DNA of 64,000 bases, from positions 20,088,001 through 20,152,000 of the forward strand of contig NC_073383.1 in assembly GCF_028641065.1 (NCBI RefSeq), given 5' to 3'. Positions 13,301 to 28,300 of the stretch are shown piece by piece. The notes under the pieces were generated by a model. That model was not told the DNA's origin. It made no database searches and saw nothing but the letters and a program-made list of their open reading frames with translations. The stretch is from Leucoraja erinacea. Its lineage: Eukaryota. How positions within the stretch are numbered: position 1 is the first letter of the stretch; every line of letters begins with the position of its first letter. Both the position numbers and the translations under genes were made by a program.

Positions 13301-16300
13301 GATTACTCATGTGAAGCACAGAATGAAGCTGGTGTTAACAGCTGCAACATTGCGATTCAGGTTAAAGGTGTGTAAAGCAATATTTTAAACAGAAATTGAA
13401 CTCTTTGGCATTTGATTGTTTTCTAAGCCACATTGTTATCTTTTACTCTTCAGAACCTCCTTCATTTGTAAAGAAACTTGAATCTGTTGAGATAACTAAA
13501 GCTAGTGATATTACTCTTGAATGTGAGGTGACTGGTACAGCACCCTTTGATGTTTTGTGGTATAAGGACAATAAACAAATTCGACGCAGCAAAAAGTATA
13601 AAATGTTCTCTGACAATTCATTAGCCAATCTTTGCATTTTAACACCCGATACCTCGGATGTTGCTGAATACAAATGTACAGTAAAAAATGATGTGGGAAG
13701 TTGCTCATGCAATTCTACAGTCAGTATGAAAGGTTAGTTATTGTATTTGTGGAAATATATTTTTCTTCTATTTAAATCCAGTGCTCAATTATTTTTGAAG
13801 GAATTCTTACTATTGGATTAAAACATTTCAACAACATAATGAAAAGCCGAAATGAAATTTCATGTTTTATAATCCTTTGTTTTAAATTAGAACCCCCAGG
13901 ATTTATAAAGAAGATTGAAAATATAACCGTATTGTCAGGCAATTCAGTGGTATTCCAATGTCAAGTAAAAGGCTCAAAGCCTATTTACATAACTTGGATG
14001 AAAGATAGAAATATTATCCAAGAAGATGGTAATATTACTTTGTCTTTTGAGAATAATATTGCTGCTCTTCAAATAAATGCTGTTGGAGAAAATCATGCTG
14101 GAAAGTACACGTGCCAGGTCAAGAATGACGCAGGAACTGAGAAGTGCGTTGCCGCATTGTTGGTAGCAGGTCAGTGAGATATTGGTTAGCTATCAGTGAG
14201 TTCAGATTATTTTGAAATGCATCAACTAAAGCCAAATTAATTTTAGTAACATAATGAAGAGATTTATTTTTCCTCATAGAACCAGCAAAAATCACTGAAC
14301 AAGCACAGTCACTCAGTGTGACAGCAGGAAATACAGCAAACCTGGAATGTACTGTAACTGGTACACCAGAACTAAATGTTAAATGTCTTAAGGATGGCAA
14401 TGAAATGGTGTCTAGCAGAAAACACAAAATCAGCTTTGATCATAACGTGATCAGCCTGAAGATTCTTTCTGTTTCTAATGATGACACTGGTGACTATACT
14501 TTTGAAGTCAAGAATAAGTTTGGAATGAGCAGCTGTAAAGCTTCATTGACAGTATTAGGTTAGTGTTTTATTTGCTATTTGAATTTGACTAATTTAAATA
14601 ATGTAGTGCCAATTGACATTTTGCTTAAAACTAATGAAATTGTGTTCACATTGATCATCGGCAAATATAAAGGCTGTAGTTTTTTTTGGGAAACACTATA
14701 TAACAGATTCTTTCTGAATCGAGTATGTTGGTTAGGTCTCGCAACTCTCCAGGCAGTAAGGCATTACACTGGTATTCTTGGATGGTCTCTCGTTCAAGCA
14801 CTGCCAAGGTCGGAGCTTCTCAGCTGGGTACTCACAAGAAATACACAATGTTGCTCCAGATTCCAACATCAGCATGCTCTTTTGTCTTCATACGGTTTAT
14901 TGATCGCCATGGTCTTTGTAATAGCCCACATCCGCAGGGAAATATTGGATTCACCTCGAGAATAACTATTGGCAACTTTGCGATTTCCACACAGAGATGC
15001 AAGTCCTCACGTTTGGAGTCATCAATTCAAAGCCGTTTTTAAATTGAATATATGCCTGGAGACACGGGCAGTGTTTCTCCTTTTAAATTGTTGAAGGGAA
15101 ATTCAATATTCCCTTCAGCAATTTCAATCGAGAAACATTGAAGGAGTGAGGTATTTGAGGTAAATGATATATTGGAATCTATTTGAGTATTTTAGGCAGA
15201 TTCATTCTTTAAACTTTAAAAACATTTTTAACATTTTAAAATATTGAACTGTTTTAAAGTTCAAAAAGGTTTTCAATAGTTTAAAAAAAAAATCTGATTG
15301 TTTCTGTCTCAGCAACATTCAGCAAGAGTGTTTAGCAATTGGCACTTAATAAGCCAAGAATGAGGCATAGCAAGTTGTCAATTTTTTTTCAAGCTTTTCT
15401 GTGGGTAAGGCTATTTGGTTCCACTCTCTAATGCAATCCCATTGCATCACCATAGATTTGCTATCATGGAGAGTGTTGCCATGAGGGAATAAGCTGAATA
15501 CTCTTGTGTGGGAAATCCAATAAACAAATCCAAAATGTTGTATGGCAGTTAGCAATGAGGATGGTCATTGATGATTGCAAATTCCATGTTCCATAATAGT
15601 GGGATAATGAACATCAGCTGTTTTGGGATTTTATTTGAGTGCGTTATTGAAACATGCTAATACATACAAAAGTTTCTTACTCGGAACAAAAAAATAATTG
15701 ATTTAATTAATTTAAAGCATTTGCTCTTTAAGTTGATCAGCTGTGCTTTTGGTATCTTGGACAGATCAACTAATTCCTCCAGTGTTCACACGAAAATTAC
15801 GGAAAATGGACATTGTTTTAGGATCGTCTGTGCAAATGGAATGCAAAGTTTCTGGTTCTCTTCCAATGGTCTTTTCTTGGTATAAGGATTTCAAATTAAT
15901 AACATCTAGTGAAAAATACAAACTATTATATCAAGACAACACAACAACTTTGGAATTTGATCAACTAGAGATTTCAGATCGTGGAACTTATATTTGCAAA
16001 GCAACTAATTCAGTTGGAAGTGATGAATGCAGTGGTTTCTTAAATATAACAGGTTTGAAAGTTTAATTTACTTTCAGCTTAGTTTATATCTTATTCATAT
16101 TTATACGTTTCTACATTTTATGATGTTTGCTTGCTACCATAGCAACAAAAATTAACATGCCAAGCATTTAAACTTGCTTGCAGTTTATTTTAATTATTTT
16201 AATTAATTTTAGATCTGACCTTTAACAATAAAGGATCTATCTATCTATCTATCTAACTTTTCTTCATAAAATTGCAATGGTGTTTTTTTTTTACCTGACT

Positions 16301-19300
16301 TTCAGAGCCTCCAGGTTTTATAGAAAAACCTATGTCTCAGGAAAGCTTACCAGGTTCCACGGTGCGGTTTAGAAGTGTTGTGAAAGGAACAGCTCCAATA
16401 ACTATAAAATGGCTGAAGGATGGCAGGGAACTGATGTCTGGAGCTGACTGTTTCATTTTAAGTGAAGGCTCAACCAGTTTACTTGAGTTGTTTTCAGCCA
16501 AAGTTTCCGATTCGGGTGACTATATTTGTGAAATCAGCAACAGAGTTGGCAGTATCACTTGTGCAGCAAGACTCTTTATCAAAGGTGTGCAATTTATCTG
16601 TGCTTGTTTCACCATTGTGGAATGTTTACATGTGGGCATGAACTTTTTGATTTGTTATATAATTTTCTCTTTGTTATTTTTATTGTTATTTTTTTGCGCT
16701 TTCTTTTGTTCTTTCGTTCGTGTTTTCTTTTGTTCTTTTTGCATTGTCCACGTGGTTTTCTTTATGTTGAATGGATTCATCTTGGACACTTGTATGTATA
16801 GTTACATTTACAACGTTCTTTTCTACAGAGCCTCCATATTTTATTATGAAGTTAGAACCATCAGCAATATTTAAAAAAGGAGATACAGCAAGCTTTCAGT
16901 GTAAAATAACTGGCACACCTGAAATTAAAGTCACTTGGTTCAAGAATCAACATGAAATTAGTTTCAATGAAAAATATGAAATGTCATTTGTTGATTCTGT
17001 GGCATTCTTAGAGATTGTTGATGTAAGCTTGGATGACACAGGGAATTATTACTGTAAAGCCGAAAATGAAGCTGGCAGTGACTCTTGTGACATTGCGGTC
17101 ACAGTTAAAGGTGTGTAAAAATTCTCAGTTAATTGTTATCATTGGTCCACCATCTTTTTCCAGTCATATTGCAAAAACATTTAATTATGGAATAATGAGA
17201 ACCTTGACATAAGGAGCTGATTCTTATAAATTTTTGATTGGTACATTTATCATCTAATTGTTCATTTTTGATTCTGATGGATCCATAAAATAAGATATGA
17301 ATATTTTCTATAATGTTAAAAAATGATTTGATTTATCAATAGGAAGCTGGCTGAAGCAGTCCAGACTTCTGTTAGAAACATAGAAAATAGGAGCAAGAGT
17401 AGGCCATTCGGCTCTTCGAGCCAGCACTGCCATTCAATATGATCATGGCTGATCATCCAGAATCAGTAACCCGTTCCTGCTTTCTCCCCATATCACTTGA
17501 TTCCGTTAGCCCTAAGATCTATATCCAACTCTCTCTTGAATACATCACAACATCAGGACCTTTAGGTGATTTACTAAAGTTAGACACAAAACCTCTCCTT
17601 GCCGCTGAAACCCTCTAATCCAAGCATCATTCTGGTAAACCTAAGATAGACACAAAATGCTGGAGTAACTCAGCGGGTCAGGCATCATCTCTGGAGAAAA
17701 GGAATAGGTGCCGTTTCGGGTCGAGACCCTTCTTCAGAATGAGTCAGGGGAAAGGGAAACTAGATATATAGACGGTTTTATACATAGAAAAACTATACAT
17801 AGTTGGATGCCTTGGCATATTTTGAGTTATGGGTATCCCATCCATGAACTTTGAGGCTCAGAGTTTCTTTGGAGGCCAAAAGAAGTTCCATTTTTTCATT
17901 TTTGCCTCCACTCAGCCAGGTTCCACCAACTCTGGTTGAAAATGTCTTCCACAGATCTCGGCTAAATATCTTATTCTTTACCCAAAATCTTTGCTCTGTA
18001 GTTTTAGATAACTGCTATGTGAAAAATGTCCTACTATTTATCCAATCCATGCCCGTCATAACATTGAACATCATTATGAACCCCTACGTCCCCAGCCTCT
18101 TTTGCTCCAAGGAAGAGAAAAAATCACTCTATTCAATGTCCTGATAGCTGAAACACTCCATCCAAAGAAACATCTCTGTCAATTTTCTCTGCGCCATCCT
18201 TAGATAGTAACGCACCAGAACTGTGCCTCTGCTCTGGCTGGGACCTAACCAGTTCCACCAAAATATCTCTGCTCTTGTATCACGTCCTAGTTAATGAAGC
18301 CAAGTATTAAATATGCCACTTCAAGAATCCTTAGATTTGTACATTGAGATCTCTCTATTTTTAGTTCTCCCATCAGGTATATTCATTGCATTCCATATGT
18401 CCTGCCCTTTATTAGCCCTTCCAAGGTGCATCACCCAGACTCAGCAGTATTATGCTATTGTATTTATCCATTGGCAGTTGCAATGGGCATGCTGCTCCGG
18501 AGATCATTAAATTGTTATTTTAATCGTTTATGCATTGTAACATTCTTGCTGCCAATGGCTTTTTATGAGAGACATTGTGTAAACTTGGAAAAAGTGGGCT
18601 GTGATTCGTAAATCATGATATCATGTTTACTCTTCAGAACCTCCCACATTTACAAAGGAACTTGAACCTGTTGAGGTAGTTAAAGCCAGTGATGTTATTC
18701 TTGAATGTGAGGTGGCTGGTACAGCTCCTTTTGAAGTTTTGTGGTATAAGGACAATAAACAAATACGGCGAAGCAAAAAATACAAAATGATCTCTGACAG
18801 TTCTTTGGTCAGTCTTTGCATTCTAACGTCTGATGGCTCGGATGTTGGGGAATACAAGTGCATGGTAAAGAATGATGTGGGAAGTTGTTCCAGTAGTTCT
18901 GCAGTCAATTTGAAAGGTCAGTTCTAAGAAGTAATCGTAACTAGATGTTGTTTGATATTTATTCAATTATGTAATATTGTATGTTTCAAAGCAGAATATT
19001 TTAAATGATTAAATATCAGTAGTTTCATTTTAAGTTATAACCTGGTATATTCTCTTTACTTTAAACTAGAGCGACCAGCCTTCGTGCAAACAATAGAAAA
19101 TGCAACAGTATTTTCTGGAAATTCTGCTGTATTTCAATGTCTTGTAAGAGGCTCAGTTCCTATTATTACAAGCTGGAGAAAAGATGACAAACGTATCAAA
19201 GAGGATGATAATATTAAAATTTCCTTTCAAAACAATATGGCCACATTACAGATCGTCAAGGCTGAAGAAAATCACAGTGGAAATTATATTTGTCAGGCAA

Positions 19301-22300
19301 AAAATGATGCAGGAACAGCAAAATGCTTTGCCACATTGGCTGTAATGGGTTAGTAGGAAATTATAAACATAAATATTGCCCACAAATAATAATTTTGATT
19401 TGAGTATTTCTCACAGTAAAATTATTACAATTTTTGAATGAATTATATGAATATTAAAGTAAATATGTTATGTTATGGTTAACAAATGGAACATTTTCCA
19501 TGTTGAGTAGCCATTTACTAGGTTGCTTGGTAATATTTGGAATGTAGGTCCTTCTTATCTGGTACATGCCATTGACAAATCTTAGGAAAAGTGCTTCCAA
19601 TATAATAGTTTTGTTATTTTATTATTTTCCCTATAATATCTGTTTTGTGAGGCACTGTATGGTGAACGTATTAACAATGACCACATTCGGTCAGCATGTA
19701 GTAGAAACATTTATTATCATAGTATTATCTAATTTTGAAGATTTGAACCTTCAAGAGACCTACAAATCCACAGTGATGTTTATTCTCCACAAAATTTATT
19801 ATCATAATCTTGGAAAAATATTGCTTAATTTTTGATGTAAATAATATATTTTTCCCACAGAACCTGCAAATATCACAGAAAAAACTGAGTCTCTCACAGT
19901 AACTTCAGGAAATCCAGCTATTCTGGAATGTACAGTAGCTGGAACACCAGTATTAAATGTTGCATGGTTCAAAAATGGAAAGCAGCTAGAAACAAACAGA
20001 AGATATAGATTCAGTTTTGTGAATAAGGTGGCCTGTCTAAAAATGTTGGCTGTTGACATAAACGACAGTGGAGACTATACTTTTGAAGTCCAGAATGAGT
20101 TTGGAGCCAACCAATGTAGTATTTCTTTGACTGTGATAGGTCAGTATGCAAATTGTGTTGATGTTTTGTCTCTTATATCTTTTGATTGCCATAGTGTATT
20201 ACAAAGTTAGAAGTACATCATTGTTTTTTTTTATCATTTTGTTTCTTTATGTTGAGCAGAACAAATAATTCCTCCGTTGTTTACAAGAAAATTAAAGGAC
20301 GTGGGCAGTACTTTAGGGTATTTTGTGCGAATGGAAAGCAAAGTTTCTGGTTCTATTCCAATGAATATAACTTGGTGTAAAGAGGACAAAGAAATATCAG
20401 CTAGTAACAAATACAAGATGCTATTTCAAGAGAACACAATCTCATTAGAAATCAATGAACTAGACTTTTCAGATGGTGGAATTTACGTTTGCAAAGTAGC
20501 AAATTCAGCAGGAAAGGATGAATGCAGTGCTGTCTTAAGTATAAAAGGTTTGAATAGTTGCTTTCCTACATGCCTTTCTCAAATGTAAATACATTCTTTA
20601 CAAAGAGTTTCTATATGTAGTTTGACAAAGTACTGAAGTAGTTAAATAAATGATTTAACCATCTATCTTTATTTTAAGAACACTTAATCTTTTAAAGAAT
20701 ATATTAGTGCATCTTATTTGGAAAGTTAAATTTAATCTGATCATTTTTTCTAGTATAAATTTGAATCTGAGTTAATTGAATCTTTTTTAATTGATTTTTA
20801 GAACCCCCAAGCTTTATAGATAAAATAATATCTCAAGAAGTTATACTCGGTTCTACGGTACAATTTAGGGGTGTTGTGAAAGGAAGCACACCACTATCCA
20901 CAAAATGGTTCAAAGGGGACAGAGAATTGATGCATGGTGTGGCATATTCTATTTGGAATGAAGGCTCGACATACTTTCTAGAATTGCTCTCAGCCAAAAT
21001 ATCTGATGCGGGTAGCTACACCTGCCAAGTTAGCAACGAAGTTGGTAAAGATGACTGTTCTGCAAATCTCCTTGTTAAAGGTGCGCAATTCTGGCTTTTT
21101 ATACTCTGTTGTGAGTTGTATAAATAGTTTTTTTTTTTGCTTTGTTACCTTGAAAATTTAGTTACATTATTTTGTTTTCTTGACGGTTTGTTACCTCGTA
21201 CATTCAACAACATCATTTTATCTTCCTGATGGCTGACTGGATATTGCCAAAGAAATGCATACTTGCAAGAAAGAAGTGGGCTTGGTGGCCTTGTGGCATT
21301 CAAATGTCAGTTGATTGTCCGACTCAGTGCTTTTGGAAGTCCTGGAGTTTCCCCATTAACTGCAAGATAAAGCACGATTTAGTGGTGGAGAATTCTGTCT
21401 TGCTTCAGGAAACAAAAAGGAGAATTTTCCTCAGTGAAATTAAGGACAATGATGGAGATTTTAAGGATTCTTATAGCCTGGTCTCACATCACATGGCTGA
21501 GTAATAAACAATTTTACTGGATGCAGTTATGGGGAACATGAAAAAAGGAATATTGTTTCCCTGATTTAAGAGGGGGCTCAATTTGAGTAGGTTTGGAGAA
21601 TTTGATTAGTGTTTTGTGGCCAATTATTTATGCATACACATTCGTTGGTTTTGATTACCGTATAAATGTATGTTGAAATATATAATATTTTGGCTTTTAG
21701 AACCTCCAAGCTTCATTAAAAAGCTGCAATCGCCAACCGTCCTAAAAAAAGGAGTTTCAGCACATTTTGAGTGCAGTTTAAGGGGCACACCTAACATTAA
21801 AGTTACGTGGTACAAAAATGGCGATGAAATTATGGCCAGTGAAAAGTTTATGATGACATTTGATGATGCTGTGGCAGTTCTTGAGATTATTGATGTGATT
21901 CTGGACGACAGTGCGTGCTACATCTGTGAGGCACAAAATGAAGCTGGTAGTGAGAGCTGCAGCACTGAAGTTGAAGTTAAAGGTCTGTAATAATTCATTG
22001 AGACTATAAATTCTTTACTTTCTTGTTCAGGGATATTGATAGTATCTTGATTCATTAAGATGTTTTTTATTGTGATTACTTTTTAGAACCACCGAGCTTT
22101 AGACGAAAACTTCAATCCACTGAGATAGTTAAATCCAGTGATATTTCTCTTGAATGTGAGGTGGCTGGTACAGCTCCCTTTGAAGTTATGTGGTATAAAG
22201 ACAATAAACAAATTCGACGTAGTAAAAAATACAAAATGATCTCTGATGGTTCTTTAGTTAGTGTTTGCATTCTAAATTCTGATACCACAGATGTTGGTGA

Positions 22301-25300
22301 ATACAAATGCATCGTACAAAATGATGTGGGATGTTGTTCCTGCAGTTCTACAGTCAGTTTGAAAGGTCAGTTTTACAAGTCCATCAGAAAATATTTCCTT
22401 CTGAAGTGTGTGATGATGGCAGAATCATTTAATTATTTATTTGGAAATTCAATGCTGAACTATTTGTAAACTGTCATGAAAAGGCGATATAACTCCATTT
22501 AGTCATGTTATTATTTATTTTAAACTAGAACCCCCAGGATTTATAAAGAAGATTGAAAATATAACATCAGTATCAGGCAATTCAGTTGTATTTCACAGTC
22601 AAGTAAAAGGCTCAAAGCCTATTTATTTAACTTGGATGAAAGATAAAGATGTTATCGAAGAAGATGGTAATATTACTTTGTCTTTTGAGAATAATATTGC
22701 TACTCTTCAAATAAATGCTGTTGGAGAAACTCATGCTGGAAAGTACACGTGCCAGGTCAAGAATGACGCAGGAACTGAGAAGTGTTTTGCCACATTGTTG
22801 GTAGCAGGTCAGTGAGCAATTAATAGCTTGTTATTTCCCTGCATTTCATTTTTCTCATTATAATTCAATGCAGGTATTTTGCCATGCATTGACCAAAATG
22901 AAATTAATGGTAATGACATATAAAAGAGATTTTTATTCTCATAGAACCAGCAAAAATCACAGAACAAGCACAGTCAATCAGTGTGACGGCAGGAAATACA
23001 GCAAACCTGGAATGTGCTGTAACTGGTACACCAGAACTAAATGTTAAATGTTTTAAAGATGGTAACGAAATGGTGTCTTGTCGAAAACACAGAATCAGCT
23101 TTGAGAATAATGTGGTCAGCATAAAGATTTCTTCTGTGTCTAATGATGACACTGCTGAATATACTTTTGAAGTCAAGAATCAGTTTGGAATGAGCAGCTG
23201 TAAAGCTTCATTGACAGTATTAGGTTAGTATTTTATTTACAATTGGAAGTCAGCTAATCTACATAACTAATGCATTTAAATTAATGGTTATTAAATAAGG
23301 AAATTGCAATTGCATAAAACACAAATTTATATAAAGATAATGTTATAACTTTCCAATTGGAAATTAGTGATGATGGGATATCTAAGAGCCACTGCTGTGA
23401 GAAATTTGAAATTAATTTTGGCTTTCAGTAGTCACTATATATATCATATCAATATATCAATACACATGATAATTCTTAAAACTTTAAAAAGCATTATAGA
23501 TTTTGATTAATTTTAATATTTGCTGTATGAATTGATTGGCTGTGCTTTTATCATTTTACCTTGGACAGATCAACTAATTCCCCCATTGTTTAAACGAAAA
23601 TCACGCAAAATGAACAGTGTTTTAGGGTCTTTCATACAAATGGAATGCAAAGCTTCTGGTTCCCTTCCAATGAGCTTCTCATGGTATAAAGAACGCATTT
23701 TAATAACAACTAATGAGAAATACAAAATATTATCTCAAGATAACACAACAACTTTGGAAGTGAATCAACTAGAGATTTCAGATCATGGAACTTATATTTG
23801 CAAAGCAACCAATTCAGTGGGAAGTGATGAATGCAGTGCTTTCTTAAATATAACAGGTTTGAAAGATGAATTTGCTTCCAGCTTAATTTATATCTTTTTT
23901 GTATTTATACACTTAATTTTTTTGATTTTTGCCTCTTACTCTAAGGAAAGCTACTATATTTAGAGCTTAAAATTTGATTGCAAATTATTGTAATTTCTTA
24001 TTTTATTAGTAACTTTTTATTTTTTTTAATGTACAATATCGTATAAACAATGTACTCTTGGGAACCAATTGTATTTTTTCCACCTGACTTTCAGAGCCTC
24101 CAAGCTTTATAGAAAAACCTATGTCCCAGGAAAGCTTACCTGGTTCTACAGTGCATTTTAGAAGTGTTGTCACAGGAACTGCTCCAGTAACTATTAAATG
24201 GCTGAAGGATGGCAGGGAATTGATGTCCGGAGCTGATTGTTTCATTTTAAATGAAAGCTCAACAAGTTTACTTGAGTTGTTTTCAGCCAAAGTTTCTGAT
24301 TCAGGAGACTATATTTGTGAAGTCAGCAACAAAGTTGGCAGTATCACTTGTGCAGCAAGACTCTTTGTAAAAGGTGTGCAATTTGTCTTTACATGTTTAA
24401 CCATTCTGGAATGATTTTGAATGTTGTGTGCAGTATTTGTGTGTAATATGTTTTGTGATGTTTTTATTATTAATGTTCCTTTTGTGCCGCGCATTGTCTT
24501 CTTTCATTCTTTTTATTGTTTTATATGTATCTAAACTGTTTGTTATGTTGAATAGTTATCTTTTTGTATTTTAATATGTTTCATGATTTGTAATAACTTT
24601 GTTTTAACAGAACCTCCATATTTTATTAAGAAGTTAGATCCAACAGCAATATTAAAAAAAGGAGAGACAACAATTTTTGAGTGTAAAGTAACTGGCACAC
24701 CTGAAATCAAAGTAGCTTGGTTCAAGAATTATCGTGAAATTAGTATCGATGAAAAATGCAGAATGACATTTGTTGATTCGGTGGCAATTTTAGAGATTGC
24801 TGATATAAACTTGGATGACACTGGAAATTATTCCTGCAAAGCCCAAAATGAAGCTGGCAGTGAATCTTGCGACATTATGGTCACTGTTAAAGGTGTGTGA
24901 ATATTCCCATTTTCATTGTCCATGATTGGTCAATAAGTCTGTCCAGTCATGTTTCACCTTTTTGTTCAATTAGAACCTTTATTTTAAACACTGACTGTTC
25001 TGCTATTTGAAATGGGCATTAAAAGTAACAGCTTGACAATTGATTTGTGAACCTATATCTAATCATTTTAATAGAATGTTCCAAAACTGACTCCTAAAGA
25101 CTGAATTTAATTTCTGGAACACCGCTGGTTAAGTGGAAAGCCCTCATTTGGAGACCAAGACTTTCTTTATTGGGGCAGAAGGAGCTCTCCCACTTCTTCT
25201 GTACCTATATCGAAAGATATTTAAATTCTCTTGATGACGTTGCTACTTTCCTAGCAATATTTATTCATTTGCATCATTAGTTTCCTGTTGTCTGATATGA

Positions 25301-28300
25301 TATAAATTCCAATTCTTGCACTCGTATCCGCACCCTTCCCTAACTAATTTATATTGAAGATTCATGGGCACCCGAGGGAAAACTGATATGGCTAAATATT
25401 ATTTTAAAGTTGTGGAAATGTATGAAATAACAAAAAAGTTACCAGCATATTACATTTTATTAATCCATGTTGAATGATAGCTGTAGCTTATCCCTAACAC
25501 ATTAAAATAAAAATCATATGGACTTTTGCTTCAATGGTTGATGTTGGGAATCATTTTGTAAACCTGAACCTCAGCCCTTGTGATTTGTAAACTATATTAT
25601 CGTGTTTGCTCTTCAGAATCTCCTACATTTGTGAAGAAACTTGAACCTGCTGAGGTAGTTAAATCTAGTGATGTTACTCTTGAATGTGAGGTGGCTGGTA
25701 CAAGTCCTTTTGAAATTTTGTGGTATAAGGACAATAAACAACTTCGTCGCAGTAAAAAGTACAAAATGATCTCCGACATTTCTTTAGTCAGCCTTTGCAT
25801 TCTAACATCTGATACCTCAGATGTTGGCGAATACAAGTGTATTGTAAAAAATGATGTGGGAAGTTGTTCTTGCAGTTCTACTGTCAGTTTGAAAGGTCAG
25901 TCATGTCCTTATTCGAGTTTCATGGATATGCATGTTATTTATTTCATTAACAATTACATATTAAGTAATACTGACTTTTTTCATTCATGGTTTAAATATA
26001 ACAAGATATTTTTTTCAAATTAGAGCGACCAACCTTCATACAAACAATAGAAAATGCAACAGTATTTTCTGGAAATTCAGCTGTGTTTCAATGTCATGTA
26101 AGAGGATCAGGACCCATAAATACAAGTTGGAAAAAAGATGACAAACGTGTCAAGGAAGATGAAAATATTAAAATTTCCTTTGAAAATAATATTGCCACAT
26201 TGCAGATCATTAATGCTGAGGAAAATCACAATGGAAATTATATTTGTCAGGCAAAGAATGATGCAGGAACAACAAAATGCTTTGCTACTTTGATTGTAAT
26301 GGGTTAGTAAGAAATTATAAATACAAGTATTATCTGCATAATACGCATTTCATGGAATTTATATTACCACAAAAACTATTATAACAAAACTTAAATAGTG
26401 CGCAACAAAGTGAGGGATGTTGTAACTGGAAATGGGACATTTCCATGTTGAGTAGCTAGCACTGGATGCAGCATCATAAGTAGAATATTGTTTCATTTGT
26501 AATTTTCTATGGTACCCAATCAATCATCATCAAATCTTCAAAAGAGCACTGCCATTGTATCAAAGAGGCAATTTGTTCTTATTGCTCAAGTAATTTGAGG
26601 AAGGACATCCTTGTGATTGAGGCAGTGCAGCGTAGGTTCAGGAGATCATATGAGGAAAGATTGAAAAGACTTAGATTGTATTCACTGAAGTTTAGAAGGA
26701 TGAGGGGTAATCTTATAGAAACATATACAATTATAAAAGGACTGGACAAGCTAGATGCAGGAAAAAACTTTCCCAATGTTGGGTGAGTCCAGAACCAGGG
26801 GCCACAGTCTTAGAATAAAGGGGAAGTCATTTAAGACTGAGGTGAGAAAAAAGTTTTTCACCCAGAGAGTTGTAAATTTGTGGAATTCCATGCCACAGAG
26901 GGCAGTGGAGGCCAAATCACTGGACGGATTTAAGAGAGAGTTAGATAGAGCTCTAGGGGCTAGTGGAATCCAGGGATATGGGGTGAAGGCAGGCACGGGT
27001 TATTGATTGGGGATGATCAGCCATGATCACAATGAATGGCGGTGCTGGCTCAAAGGACCGAATGGTCTCTTCTTGCACCTATTTTCTATGTTTCTAAGTG
27101 TGTTTCTGAATGAGATTGATAACTGATTATCCGGTTAAGGCTAAATTTGTACAATCAGTGCAATGCTGCCAGCATCTTGACTGGGATTGCTAAATCTAAT
27201 TTAACGATGCACCTTCAGCAGGAATGCAAAATTACATAGGTCCTTATTTGTTGTGAGGAATCCCATCTATTGACAGCTTGCTCTGCTAAAATTTATTAGC
27301 TTACAAAAGCAATTCGATCAAATAGTAATGTTCTCGTGATTTAAATGATGTAATTTTTCCACAGAACCTGCAAATATCATAGAAAAAACGGAGCCACTCA
27401 CAGTGACTTCAGGAAACCCAGCAATTTTGGAATGTACCGTAGCTGGTACGCCAGTATTAAATGTTGCGTGGTTCAAAAATGGAAAACAACTGGAGTCAAA
27501 CAGAAGATATAAATTGAGTTTTGCAAATAAGATAGCCAGGTTAAAATTTTTGTCTGTTGAAATGGATGACAGTGGAGACTATACTTTTGAAGTCCAGAAT
27601 GAGTTTGGAGCTAACAGCTGCGATATTCCTATGACTGTATTAGGTCAGTAATTACTTCTTGTTAATAGCTTTTTTTTCCTAAAACATCAGATAATACTGG
27701 AATTTATCACAGATTTTGTAATATTTGACACAGAAACGTTAATGTTTTTATTTATCCCTTTATATGAACAGAACAAATAATTCCTCCATTGTTAACAAGA
27801 AAATTAAAGGAAATAAGCAGTACTTTAGGATCTTTAGTGCGAATGGAATTCAAAGTTTCTGGTTCTATACCAATGAGCATTACTTGGTACAAAGAGGACA
27901 ACGAAATACCGACTAGTAACAAATACAAAATGCTATTTCAAGAGAACATAATTTCATTAGAAATCATTGAACTAGACTTCTCAGATGATGGAATTTACAC
28001 TTGCAAAGCAGCAAATTCAGCAGGAAAAGATGAATGCAGTGCTGTCTTAAGTGTAAAAGGTTTGAAATATTCCTTTGTCGCATTTCTTTCTCGTCAATAT
28101 GAAAAGCAAATATTGGCTTTCTTTACAAAAGAGTTTGCATATGTCATTAGCTGCAGTATTGAAATATTTAAATAAGTGAATCCGCCAATTCTAAATTTTG
28201 TTTAGCATTCTTACTTTTGAAGGCTCTGTAATTCATAAATTTAACGATAATCTGAACATTTCATCCAGTTTATACATATATATATATATAACCCTGAGTT

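Noticed and set aside
14690-15060. GC-richer intron segment with two overlapping ORFs
   Set aside because: No recognisable protein motif; contains a PLE-type tail fragment near 14850; absent from the paralogous E4-E5 intron; probably decayed repeat
16585-16874. Hydrophobic transmembrane-like extension of ORF 16332-16874
   Set aside because: Read-through into a T-rich intron, where Phe/Leu/Cys codons are expected
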